Assembly: GCA_016794425.1 (NCBI GenBank)
Contig: JAEUHR010000017.1
Location: 32,670-96,669 of the forward strand
Direction: 5' to 3'
DNA: 64,000 nucleotides
From: Planctomycetota bacterium
Lineage (GTDB): Bacteria; Planctomycetota; UBA1135; UBA2386
Part shown: positions 44,001-52,214 of the stretch, piece after piece
How the letters are laid out: each line of letters opens with the position of its first letter
How positions within the stretch are numbered: position 1 is the first letter of the stretch
Notes under the pieces: model-generated
Told to the model about the DNA's origin: nothing
Databases searched by the model: none
The model's input: only the letters and a program-made list of their open reading frames with translations
Translations under genes and position numbers: made by a program

Positions 44001-44834
44001 TTCGGCCGGGTCGCGCGCGACGCAGCGCCGCAGCACGCGGCGCGTCGCGGCATCGAGTGCGAGGCCCGCCGAGTCCGGATCGGGGAACGGCGTCTCCAGC
44101 ACGAACCGGCGCAGCGCGCCCGGCTCCTGGATCGAGTCCGGCACGTGCGATCGGCCGGCGAGCAGGAACCACAGGCACGCGCCGAGGGCCCAGACGTCCG
44201 CGGCGGGGCCGACGGTCGAGCTCTCCCATTGTTCGGGCGCCATGTAGAGCGGCGTGCCGAGCGTGCCGATCGTCGCCAGCAGCTGCGGCTGGCTGTGCAC
44301 GGGCCGCGCGAGGCCGAGGTCGATCACCTTGACCTCGCCGCGCAGCGACAGCATCAGGTTCGCGGGCTTGACGTCGCGGTGCACGATGCCGCGGCCGTGC
44401 GCGTAGCCGAGTCCCTGCGCGGCGCCGAGCAGCAGCTGCAGCGCCGCGCGTTCGCCGAGCGCGCCGCGCCGCCCGACCAGGCGGTCGACGTCCTCGCCCT
44501 CGACGTGCTCCATGACCAGATAGTGCAGTTCGCCGAGCCGGTCGATGTGCGTCACGCGCACCAGGTTCTGGTGCGTCATGCCGGCCGCGATGCGTGCTTC
44601 CTGGTGGAAGCGCTCGACGAACCCGCCGTCGCCGCTGCCGCCGCCCGTCGACAACCACAGGCACTTGACGACCTGGCGCTGGCGCAGCGTCAGGTGCTTG
44701 CCGAGGTAGACCGCGCCCATGCCGCCGCGGCCGAGCCGCGCGTAGAGCACGCACGGGCGCAGCACCTTGCGCCCGCGCACCGTCGGCAGGATCGCCAGCA
44801 CCGGGTCGTTCAGCAGCGTGCGATGGGAACTCAT
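41088..44834 (-). CDS. Transmembrane Ser/Thr protein kinase with extracellular Ig-like repeats and C-terminal FGE-sulfatase (SUMF1-like) domain
   Basis: Start at ATG 44834 (MSSHRTL). Kinase motifs GRGGMGAVYLG, HRDVKPANLML, DLGLAR, YMAPEQ. A Pro-rich linker and TM segment AALVAFGIVAAAGVVAW follow. Three repeat boundaries occur (VDRRPPRL, VDRTPPRL, VDRSGPSI). FGE-like C-terminus reads FYLAETEVPVAVW...LRLPTETEWWCAVRAG...HPWGFRGLIGNAAEWV...ARGGSW. Confidence 0.85.
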   Translation of the reverse strand: MSSHRTLLNDPVLAILPTVRGRKVLRPCVLYARLGRGGMGAVYLGKHLTLRQRQVVKCLWLSTGGGSGDGGFVERFHQEARIAAGMTHQNLVRVTHIDRLGELHYLVMEHVEGEDVDRLVGRRGALGERAALQLLLGAAQGLGYAHGRGIVHRDVKPANLMLSLRGEVKVIDLGLARPVHSQPQLLATIGTLGTPLYMAPEQWESSTVGPAADVWALGACLWFLLAGRSHVPDSIQEPGALRRFVLETPFPDPDSAGLALDAATRRVLRRCVARDPAERYADARALAAELAPLCGGDDALVGLTVPPVVDGDEPDDAELLELQQTLADTAAAPPRAGDAPTLVFRPEAPTVVTRAAPPAPPPAPPPAPPPPTPATAAPGPAAAPARGRRARAAAALVAFGIVAAAGVVAWPRLDPEALQREAMAAIYQQRFDEAEQLLCRLETLPGFRDAALRLRIEARLGAAQRQEAADPFAALAELRTAAGLADRLGSPADADEARRRIDARRSPLAAAAAPRLAAALEVVAPAAGATLARAREPVHLRRRDRDGTLPLTVALDGAPVPAAADGDGWRGEWRAPDADGPRELAFVVEETRSGLRHTLTVPVAVARGCLALQLAPTDAPTNGDVLALHGTVHAGPTAPSCRIVRPDGKTLDVALGERDGAFAFTVANAPGLDGDYRVQLRAEVAGRVVTSSEHTVRVDRRPPRLSLPDGPTHTAATTLLLRGSADEPCRVTVVGRDDVATSTDAQGAFALSLPLPAADGTVAFALQAQDAAGNELPVPAAVAVVVDRTPPRLRTDALAHPARTRADEVELTGRLDEPGTIAVDDAAPVATDADGAFRLRARLPAGAIEQVATLRLLARDRAGNSAVPHLASLFVDRSGPSILPAAPDGSWWAEGRWLLRVEDPSGPCEVQLDGALRPAADDGRIDFPLRNQTGAVTVVAFDALGNESRRDLTSPRAGNGAKALPGPRWGTPAEGSTVDPTLDLYERVVVAVGAQQLVLRLVRPLRDEELPPPPRRDARALALLQGHAPFYLAETEVPVAVWAEFASQAPAASAPHRVFDPRAGRFQDRADADWRVPLHPDLLAGTDAAARAAWPVTQITPEQARAFCAQHGLRLPTETEWWCAVRAGSRGRYGWGDDGPLEQRANFADLLLQARAPGLTAFEPVEDGFATLAPVDALPRAGSAHPWGFRGLIGNAAEWVATGPDRTVARGGSWLSEPRDLRVDELRQDGLLCTGAWDHVGFRVARDP

Positions 44835-44922
44835 GCGGCGGCCGGTCGGATCCGGCTCCGATCGGCGAACGCGGGGCTCGTTCTGCTCCAGATCCGGACC
44901 GGCCGATGCCGACGACGTGTCC

Positions 44923-46059
44923 ATGAAGTCGACGATCGCGGTGGTGCTGGCCTGCGCGGGCGCCGCGTGCGCGCTGCCGACCCCGGCCGAACACGGTGCC
45001 GCGGTGCGCGACCTGCCCGGACGCAAGCCGCTGCGCACCGGCCTCGTCGTGCTGACCGCCGAACGCAACGTGCAGGCCGCCTTCGCCGACCCGCCGGCGG
45101 CCCCGGGCGGCGCCGCGCCGCGCGCCGCGGCCGGCACGGTCTACCGCGAGCAGCTGGTGCTGCCGTCGTCGTTGCCGACCGATGCGGTGCTGGCGGCCGT
45201 CGCCGGCCTCGACGTGTTCACCGACGTGGTGCCGCTGTCGTTCGACGCGCGCGGCACCGCTTCGCACGCGGCGTTGGTGCAGCGGCTGCAGGACCGGCTG
45301 TGGCCGACCGCGGTCGCACAGGAACTCGACGCGCTGCTGGTGGTCGAAGGCGTGCGCGACGCGGGCCTGGTCTGGTCGGACGCCGACGAGGCGCTGTTCT
45401 CGCTGGACACGGTGTTGTGGTGGTTGTGCTGGCCGGTCGGGTTGTGGATCCCCGATCGCAGCTACGCGCCCGACGCCGCGCTGGTCGCGCAGCTGTTCTG
45501 GGTCGGCGACGGGCGCGCGACGCCGGTGCCGGTCGACGTGACCACGACGGTCGGGCCGCAGATGCTGCATCCGTGGGAACGCGCGCGGGTGCCGCTGCTG
45601 GGGCTCCTCGTGCCGCCGGTCTGGCTGCCCGACGACGTCGACGCGGTCGGCACCGCGGTCGCCGAGTGGACCCGCGCGATGCTGCCGATCGAACTGGCGC
45701 GGGCGTTGAAGCAGGGCGCGCTGGCGCAGTCGCCGCACGTCGAACTGGCGCTGGCGGTGCGCGGCGAGCAGCTGCAGGTGGTCGTCACCAGCGCGGTCGA
45801 GATCGCCGAGGCCGCGGTGTCGACGCTGCCGCGCGGCGCCCTGACCGAGGCGCCGGCGCCGGTGCCGGTCGCGCTGGCTTCGGGCCAGGAGCAGGCGGCG
45901 CAGGGCATCGTGCACCGGGCCGTCGGCGCGCTGCCGCTGGCGCCGCTGCGCGAAGCCGCGCTGCCGCTGCTGCGGCTGTCGGTCACGCTTGCGTCCGGCG
46001 AACGGGTCTCGCAGACCTGGACCTGGACCGAACTCGAGCCGCGGGCCACCGATCGCTGA
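44923..46059 (+). CDS. Exported hypothetical protein (possible lipoprotein)
   Basis: Start at ATG 44923 (MKSTIAVVLACAGAACALP). It is divergent from the kinase-FGE gene, 88 bp away. Trp/Pro-rich hydrophobic patches are present (LDTVLWWLCWPVGLWIPD, LLGLLVPPVWLPDD). No known motif. Confidence 0.6.
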   Translation: MKSTIAVVLACAGAACALPTPAEHGAAVRDLPGRKPLRTGLVVLTAERNVQAAFADPPAAPGGAAPRAAAGTVYREQLVLPSSLPTDAVLAAVAGLDVFTDVVPLSFDARGTASHAALVQRLQDRLWPTAVAQELDALLVVEGVRDAGLVWSDADEALFSLDTVLWWLCWPVGLWIPDRSYAPDAALVAQLFWVGDGRATPVPVDVTTTVGPQMLHPWERARVPLLGLLVPPVWLPDDVDAVGTAVAEWTRAMLPIELARALKQGALAQSPHVELALAVRGEQLQVVVTSAVEIAEAAVSTLPRGALTEAPAPVPVALASGQEQAAQGIVHRAVGALPLAPLREAALPLLRLSVTLASGERVSQTWTWTELEPRATDR

Positions 46060-46076
46060 GCCGCGTGCCGCGGCGG

Positions 46077-49031
46077 TCAGAAGCTGCCGCCGCCGAACCG
46101 CACGCTGAGGTCGTTGGTGCCGACCGTGACCAGGTCGAGCACGCCGTCGCCGTCCAGATCGCCGACCGCGATCGCGCGCGGGGTCGCGCCGACCGCGACG
46201 CCGGTGGGCGCACCGAACGTGCCGTTGCCGTGGCCGTCGCTGCCGTTGCCGAGCAGCACCGCGACCGCCGCCGCGTCGGCGCGCGCGACCACCACGTCGA
46301 GCACGCGGTCGCCGTCGACATCGCCGGCGGCGAGGGCCCAGGCGTTGCCGCCGATCGCGATCTCGCTGCCCGCGGTCAGCGTGCCGGCCGCGACGCCGTC
46401 GCTGCCGTCGCCGTGCAGCAGCACGATGCCGCTGCCGGCCACCGCGCCGCCGGGTCGGAACTGCGTCGCCAGCAGGTCGGTGATGCCGTCGCCGTCGAAG
46501 TCGCCGGCGCACAAACCGGTCACCGGGTGCGTCAGCGCCACCGTCGAAGCGGTCGGGAACGTGCCGTCGCCGGCGTTGCGCAACAACCAGACGAGGCCGG
46601 TGGCGCCGCCGGTGTGGTGGCCGACCGCCAGATCGAGGTCCCCGTCGGAGTCGAAGTCGCCGTGCGCCAGCGCGATCGGACCGCTGCCGACGGCCCGCGG
46701 CGTCTGCGCCGTGAACGTGCCGTCGCCGCGGCCGCCGGTGCCGTTGCCGAGCAGCACCGTGACCGTGTCGTCGGTCTCGTTCGCGACCGCGAGGTCGGTG
46801 ATCGCGTCGCCGTCGAAGTCGCCGGCGACGATCGCGCGCGGCGTCGTGCCGACCGCCGGTGTGGTGCCGTTCGCGAAGCTGCCGGTGCCGACGCCGTTGC
46901 TGCCGGTGCCGAGCAGCACGTCGACGCGGTCGCCGCCGCCGACCAGGTCGAGGTCGCTGCAAACGACCGCGGTGTCGACGATGCGGTCGAGGTCGAAGTC
47001 GCCGGTCGCGAACGCGGTCGGGCACTTGCCGACGAAGTGCAGGAGCCCGCTCGGGAACGCGCCCGTGCCGAGGCCGTTCGCTTCGGTGCCGGCGTAGAGC
47101 AGCACGAGGTCGGCGAGACCCGGCGGCGGCACGTAGGCGGCGACCAGCAGGTCCGGCGCGCCGTCGCCGTCGACGTCTTCGATCGCGACGCCATTGCCGT
47201 CGCCGAACATCTGCCCGTCGCTGGTCGTCGAACGTGGCGCGAACGTGCCGTCGCCGCGGCCGCGACCGCCGTTGCCGCGCAGCACGACGATGCCGTCGAA
47301 CACGTCGGCCAGCACGAGGTCCGGCGCGCCGTCGGCGTCGACGTCGGCGCTGACGCCGCGGAACAGCCGGCCGCCGCCGCCGCCGATCGAGGTCGCCGTG
47401 TACGAGCCGTCGGGCCGGCCGTGGGCGCCGCCGGCGCGCAGCAGCGTCGCGCCGTCGCCGTTGACACCGAGCGCGACCAGGTCGGTGCGGTGGTCGCCGG
47501 TGAAGTCGTCGAGCACGAGGCCCCAAGGACCCTCGGCGGTGCCGACGAACTCGTCGAGGTAGAAGTTGCCGTTGCCGCGGCCATCGCTGCCGACGCCGGC
47601 CAGGAACGCGATGCCGTTCGCGAGCATCAGCGACGCGGCGAGGTCCTGCACGCCGTCGCCGTCGTGGTCGAGCACGGTGATGTCGCCGGCGACGAAGCCG
47701 CCCGACAGCCAGCTCTGCTTGGCCGCGAAGGTGCCGTCGCCGACGCCGTCGCTGCCGTTGCCGCGGTGGGTCACGACGCAGTCGCCGGCGCCCTGGCAGG
47801 CGACCGCGAGGTCGGTGATGCCGTCGGCGTCGAAGTCGCCGGCCGCGATCGCGCCCGGGCTGTTGCCGGTGGCGACCGAGGCATGGAACGCGAAGGTGCC
47901 GTCGCCGCGGCCGCCGCTGCCGTTGCCGGTGCAGACGTAGAGCGCGTGTGTGCCCCATTCGCCGACCACGGCGTCCCGGATGTGGTCGCCGTCGAGGTCG
48001 CGCACCAGCAGCGCCATCGGCGTCGTGAAGCTGCCCAATGCGAACGTCGCCGCGAACGTGCCGTTGCCGCGGCCGCCGCTGCCCTGGCCGGTGTAGACGC
48101 GCAGCTGGGTCTCGTTCAGCACGACCAGGTCGAGGATCGCGTCGGCGTCGACGTCGACAGCCACGATCTCGGCGATCGTCGAGACCGCGGCCAGGCTCTG
48201 GCCCGCCGTGAACGTGCCGTCGCCGCGGCCAGAGCTGCCGTTGCCGAGCAGGATCTGCAGTTCGTCGTCGACCGCGACCGCGAGGTCGTCGATGCCGTCG
48301 GCGTCGAAGTCGCCCTTGGCCAGGCACGACGTGCCGCCGGCGATCGCCAGCGTCGTGGCCGCGAACGTGCCGTCGCCGCCGCAGGTCGCGCGGCAGCTGA
48401 CCGCGCTGGTGGTGCTGCTGCGGTTGCCGGCGCGGTCGACGCAGGTCACCGTGACGTGGTAGGTCTGGCAGTTGTCGACCGCGGTCAGCGTGGTGCCGGT
48501 CGCGGGCGCGTCGGCGGTGGCCTGCCGGTCCGGTGCCCCGGCGGTGGTGCCGAACGCGACTTCGTAGGCATCGAGGCCGCTGCCGCCGTCGGCGCCGGGC
48601 GTCCACGCGACCGTCAGCGTGCCGGCCGCGTCGGCGGTCACGGTCACCGCGCTGGCGGCGCTCGGCGCCGCGGTGTCGACCGTGAACGCGACCTGCTGCT
48701 CGCTCTGCGGGGCGCCCGGCACACGCAGGCGCACCGTGTGCGCGCCGTCGGCGAGGCCGGTCAGCTGCCAAGCACTGCCGACGCCGGCGAACGCGCCGTC
48801 GTCGAGCGAACCCTCGAGCGGCAGGCCGCCGGGCGTCGTGGTCGCGCTGACCGTCACGGTGCTCGATGCGACGAACGCACCCGGGTCGGCGATCGCGACG
48901 GTCGGGTTCACGACCGTGGTGTTGCCGCCGCCGCCGTCCGACGAGGCCGCGAGACCGCCGAGGCTCGGCGCGCAGCCGGTGGTGAGGAGCGAGAGGCCCG
49001 CCACGACGGCGGACAGCGGGTGCGATCGCAT
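46077..49031 (-). CDS. FG-GAP/VCBS-repeat lipoprotein with N-terminal Ig-like and fibronectin-III-like modules
   Basis: Lipobox LSLLTTGC. FTVDTAAPSAAS...LTVAWTPGADGGSGLDAYEV is Ig/Fn3-like. More than 12 repeats of the form GDFDADGIxDLAV...LLGNGSGGRGDGTF follow. Confidence 0.9.
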   Translation of the reverse strand: MRSHPLSAVVAGLSLLTTGCAPSLGGLAASSDGGGGNTTVVNPTVAIADPGAFVASSTVTVSATTTPGGLPLEGSLDDGAFAGVGSAWQLTGLADGAHTVRLRVPGAPQSEQQVAFTVDTAAPSAASAVTVTADAAGTLTVAWTPGADGGSGLDAYEVAFGTTAGAPDRQATADAPATGTTLTAVDNCQTYHVTVTCVDRAGNRSSTTSAVSCRATCGGDGTFAATTLAIAGGTSCLAKGDFDADGIDDLAVAVDDELQILLGNGSSGRGDGTFTAGQSLAAVSTIAEIVAVDVDADAILDLVVLNETQLRVYTGQGSGGRGNGTFAATFALGSFTTPMALLVRDLDGDHIRDAVVGEWGTHALYVCTGNGSGGRGDGTFAFHASVATGNSPGAIAAGDFDADGITDLAVACQGAGDCVVTHRGNGSDGVGDGTFAAKQSWLSGGFVAGDITVLDHDGDGVQDLAASLMLANGIAFLAGVGSDGRGNGNFYLDEFVGTAEGPWGLVLDDFTGDHRTDLVALGVNGDGATLLRAGGAHGRPDGSYTATSIGGGGGRLFRGVSADVDADGAPDLVLADVFDGIVVLRGNGGRGRGDGTFAPRSTTSDGQMFGDGNGVAIEDVDGDGAPDLLVAAYVPPPGLADLVLLYAGTEANGLGTGAFPSGLLHFVGKCPTAFATGDFDLDRIVDTAVVCSDLDLVGGGDRVDVLLGTGSNGVGTGSFANGTTPAVGTTPRAIVAGDFDGDAITDLAVANETDDTVTVLLGNGTGGRGDGTFTAQTPRAVGSGPIALAHGDFDSDGDLDLAVGHHTGGATGLVWLLRNAGDGTFPTASTVALTHPVTGLCAGDFDGDGITDLLATQFRPGGAVAGSGIVLLHGDGSDGVAAGTLTAGSEIAIGGNAWALAAGDVDGDRVLDVVVARADAAAVAVLLGNGSDGHGNGTFGAPTGVAVGATPRAIAVGDLDGDGVLDLVTVGTNDLSVRFGGGSF

Positions 49032-49109
49032 CCGCGGTCGATCGGCGCCCGCGTCGCGGCGACCTGAGGCGGTGCCGACCGGGCGGCACCATCGGCGCGT
49101 CGATTGCGG

Positions 49110-49664
49110 TCAGCCTTCGGCCGCGGCCTGGCGGCGCAGCCAGACCGCGCGCGGCAGCGCGAACAGCGCGGTGCCGGCCGGACCGTCGTCGGTGGTGCGG
49201 ACGAGCTGCATGCCCAGGCGCCGCAGCACGCGCGCCGAAGCCGTGTTCGGCAGATCGGTGGCGGCGGTGATCTCGTCGAAGCCGAGTTCGCCGAACGCGT
49301 AGTCGCAGACGCTCGCGGTCACTTCGGTCGCGAGGCCCTTGCCCCACTGTGCCGGCAGGAAGCCGTACAGCAGCTGCAGTTCGGGCGGGTGGAAGAACTC
49401 GCGGAAGCCCGCGAAGCCGACCACGTCGGCCGCGCCGGCGAGCCGCACGCTCCACAGGCCGGCGCTGCCGCGCGCGAAGCGTTCGCGGCTCTGCTCGATC
49501 TCGTCGGCCATCCACGCCGGCGACACGATCACGTCGTCGAGCAGGAAGCCGCGCACCTCCGGTTCGCGGAACAGCGCCAGCAGCTGCTCGCCGTCCGCCC
49601 ACGCGAACGGCGACAGGCGTGTGCGTTCGGTGCGCAGGACGGCGTCGTGTGGCATGGCGGGCAT
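49110..49664 (-). CDS. GNAT family N-acetyltransferase (RimJ/RimL-like)
   Basis: C-terminal 184 aa of track ORF 49110..50600. ATG 49664 overlaps the upstream stop by 1 nt (TGATG); ATG 49655 is an alternative. Motif A-like region is LLYGFLPAQWGKGLATEVTASVCDYAF, followed by ASARVLRRLGM. Confidence 0.8.
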   Translation of the reverse strand: MPAMPHDAVLRTERTRLSPFAWADGEQLLALFREPEVRGFLLDDVIVSPAWMADEIEQSRERFARGSAGLWSVRLAGAADVVGFAGFREFFHPPELQLLYGFLPAQWGKGLATEVTASVCDYAFGELGFDEITAATDLPNTASARVLRRLGMQLVRTTDDGPAGTALFALPRAVWLRRQAAAEG

Positions 49665-51091
49665 CAATCGTTGAGGAACACGTCGATCGCGTTCGAGGCG
49701 ACGAAGCCGAACGCGTTCGCGGCCGGATCGAACGCGGCGCTCTGCACGCTGATCGAAGTGCCGAGCAGCAGCGGATCGATCGGGATCGGCGAGTCGACGC
49801 GCGCCAGCCCGTTCGCGTCGGTCAGCGCGGCCGACAGCGACGCGAGGTCGTTGTAGAGCCGGTTGCCCGGCGCCCCGAGGAAGCCGAGGTCGATGTCGAC
49901 CGCGGCGCCGACCAGCAGCAGCGAGATGCCGTTCGGCAGGCCGCCGCGCAGGTCCCAGCGCACCGTCGAACCGAGGTTGCAGTGGCCGCGCGCGTGCAAC
50001 TTCGGCCGCGTGAAGAGGCTCGTGGTGCCGGACTGGCCGCGGTGCACGAGCCGGCTCGCGATCGGCAGCAGCGCGTCCTGCCACTCGATGATCTGGCCGG
50101 TGCCGGGCACGTTGGTCTCGGCGCGGCCGTCGCCGTCGATGTCGCCGAGCCGCTGCGCGTCGAGGCCGAGCGCCGACATGTTGATGCTCGGCAGCATCAG
50201 CGCCAGTGTCGCGCCCGACAGGATCTCCTTGAAGGCGCCGCCCTGCAGGCGGAAGTCGTCGTGGCCGTCGCCGTCGACGTCCCCGAGCGCGCGGAAGCCG
50301 GGGTCCCACGGGTACACGGTCAGCACCGCGCCGGTGCCGCCGGCCCGCACCTCGGTCGTCGGCGGCACGGTGTCCAGATGGCGCGTGTAGTCGGTCGTGC
50401 CGTCGTCGTCGACGTCGCCGAGGAACGCCGGGCTGCCGTCGAGCACGGTCGTCGGCGCGAAGGTGGGGCCGCGCAGCACTTCGGCGCTCCAGGTCGACGT
50501 CGCCGTGTCCAGCGTCGCGACCGCGAAGTCGGCGTAGCCGTCGCCGTCGAAGTCGACCAGCGGTTCGCCCCATTGGGGCACCGCCACGGTGCGATCCCAC
50601 ACCACCGCGCCGGTGCGACCCGACCGCACTTCGATCGTGTGGTCGGTGCCGTTCGGGTAGCCGAACACGAGGTCGTCGCAGCCATCGGCATCGAGGTCGA
50701 AGCCACCCGCCACGGTGGGCTGCACCGGGAAGGCCCAGCCATGCAGCGTGCTGCCGTCCTGGCCCGAGACGATCTCGACGCCGGTTGCGGTCGTGCGGGC
50801 CAGATCGCCGCGGCCGTCGGCGTCGACGTCGCCCGCCGGCGCCAGCGCCAGCGCGGTGGCCGAGGTCAGGAACGGGATCGCGCTGCCGGTCGCACCGGAA
50901 TGCACGCTGAGGCTGCCCGCATCGTCGAGCACGTAGTCGTCGACGCCGTCGCCGTCGATGTCACCGGCGGGTCCGACCGGCAGCAGCAGGTCGGGGCCGA
51001 GCACGACACCCTGGGCATCGAGAGCGGCGAGCAGCAGCAGGCTCGAGAGCACGTGGCGGGAAAGCCGGACGGTGGGGAGGATGCGTTTCAC
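49664..51091 (-). CDS. Secreted FG-GAP repeat protein
   Basis: GTG start at 51091 gives (M)KRILPTVRLSRHVLSSLLLLAALDAQG (signal peptide). Repeats include GDIDGDGVDDYV, GDVDADGRGDLA, FDLDADGCDDLV, DFDGDGYADFA, GDVDDDGTTDY, GDVDGDGHDDF and GDIDGDGRAE. The start is uncertain. Confidence 0.8.
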   Translation of the reverse strand: MKRILPTVRLSRHVLSSLLLLAALDAQGVVLGPDLLLPVGPAGDIDGDGVDDYVLDDAGSLSVHSGATGSAIPFLTSATALALAPAGDVDADGRGDLARTTATGVEIVSGQDGSTLHGWAFPVQPTVAGGFDLDADGCDDLVFGYPNGTDHTIEVRSGRTGAVVWDRTVAVPQWGEPLVDFDGDGYADFAVATLDTATSTWSAEVLRGPTFAPTTVLDGSPAFLGDVDDDGTTDYTRHLDTVPPTTEVRAGGTGAVLTVYPWDPGFRALGDVDGDGHDDFRLQGGAFKEILSGATLALMLPSINMSALGLDAQRLGDIDGDGRAETNVPGTGQIIEWQDALLPIASRLVHRGQSGTTSLFTRPKLHARGHCNLGSTVRWDLRGGLPNGISLLLVGAAVDIDLGFLGAPGNRLYNDLASLSAALTDANGLARVDSPIPIDPLLLGTSISVQSAAFDPAANAFGFVASNAIDVFLND

Positions 51092-51239
51092 GGGGCGCAG
51101 AAGGATACCCGCTGCGCAGTATCCGCGGCGCTGCTCGCCGACGGCACCGGGCCGAACTGCGCAGGCCGAACGCACGTCGTGTGCGCGAACGGAACGCTCG
51201 CTGCCGGCGGTGCCGCCGCCGGCCCCGGCGCAGTCCGCG

Positions 51240-52082
51240 TCAGCCGTGGACGAACGCGGCGTAGTCGGCGTGGCCGAGGCCGCGCGCGATGGCGGCGTCC
51301 ATCGCGGCCATGATCGCGGGCAGCAGGATCGTGCGCGCCGAGCCGGCGGACTCCTGCATCAGGCGTGCATCCTTGCGCGCCATCGCCAGTTCGAAGCTGG
51401 TCGGGCCGTCGGCGCCCGCGAGCACGCGCTGGCCGATCCACGGCAGCGCGGCGCCGGGCTTGAACACGTCGAACAGCTTCAGCATCTCGGCCGGCGCGAC
51501 GCCGTTGCCGGCGCCGATCGCGAACACGTCGTGGATCGCCGACGCCAGCGCGAAGAACACCGAGTTGCCGGCGAGCTTGTGGACCGCGGCCAGGTCGGGT
51601 CGTTCGCCGGTGTGCAGCACCTTGCCGGTCATCGCGGCCAGCAGCGGCGTCAGCTCGTCGGCGTCGGCCTGCGGGCCGGCGAGCAGCATCAGGCCGCTGC
51701 CCTCGCGCGCGTTGGCCGGTGACATGAACACCGGCGCCGGCACGTAGCGCACCCCGTCGCGGCGCAGCGCCGCGAAGCGCGCCGCGACCTTGGCCGGCAG
51801 GTTGGTGCTGTGGTCGACCACCGGCACGCCGCGGCCGAGACCCGGGCGCAGTTGCCCGACGACGGCATCGACGGCGGTGTCCTCGGCGAGCACCAGGTGC
51901 ACGCGCGCGGCGCCGCGCACGGCGTCGGCGGGATCGGCGGCGGCGACGGCGCCCTGCTGCACCAGCGGCGCGAGTTTGCTGCGCGAACGATTCCAGATCC
52001 GGACCGGATGGCCCTTGGCGAGCAGGTTCTCGACCATGCCGGAGCCGAGCAGGCCGGTGCCGAGCAGCGCGATGGTGGACAT
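51240..52082 (-). CDS. NAD(P)-dependent oxidoreductase (3-hydroxyisobutyrate / 6-phosphogluconate dehydrogenase-like)
   Basis: N-terminal Rossmann MSTIALLGTGLLGSGMVENLLAKGHPVRIWNRS. Central APVFMSPANAREG and C-terminal helical domain KLAGNSVFFA...LAMARKDARL. Confidence 0.85.
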   Translation of the reverse strand: MSTIALLGTGLLGSGMVENLLAKGHPVRIWNRSRSKLAPLVQQGAVAAADPADAVRGAARVHLVLAEDTAVDAVVGQLRPGLGRGVPVVDHSTNLPAKVAARFAALRRDGVRYVPAPVFMSPANAREGSGLMLLAGPQADADELTPLLAAMTGKVLHTGERPDLAAVHKLAGNSVFFALASAIHDVFAIGAGNGVAPAEMLKLFDVFKPGAALPWIGQRVLAGADGPTSFELAMARKDARLMQESAGSARTILLPAIMAAMDAAIARGLGHADYAAFVHG

Positions 52083-52214
52083 CGCGGCATGGTCGGGGCG
52101 GCGTGCGAACGTTGCAATCTTCCCGACGGTTGCAGTTTGCGCTCGGCCACTGTGCGGCCTCGCGAGGCGGGCGCTACGCTACCGCCTCTCACTCGCACCC
52201 CCGGAGGAAGAGGC

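Noticed and set aside
46077-49031. Repeated RGD tripeptides (GRGDGTF, four times) in the FG-GAP lipoprotein as possible integrin-binding motifs
   Set aside because: The RGD occurs inside the recurring GxGxGTF part of the FG-GAP/VCBS repeat consensus; variants read GRGNGTF, GVGDGTF and GHGNGTF. It is best explained as repeat consensus rather than a host-interaction signal.
40734-49067. 2777-aa plus-strand ORF, the longest in the track, and the 1885-aa minus-strand ORF 43945..49602
   Set aside because: Their translations are almost pure Arg/Ala/Gly/Pro/Asp low-complexity sequence with no motifs. They run antisense or out of frame across four well-supported genes (kinase-FGE, exported protein, FG-GAP lipoprotein, GNAT). 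They are typical shadow ORFs of stop-codon-poor, high-GC DNA.
52100-52214. Duplicated GTTGCA hexamers (cgTTGCAatcttcccgacggTTGCAgttt) in the divergent region between the oxidoreductase and HExxH genes, as an operator or a -35 element
   Set aside because: There are only two short copies, no convincing -10 at proper spacing, and no regulator gene nearby. I note it but it is not supportable as a feature.
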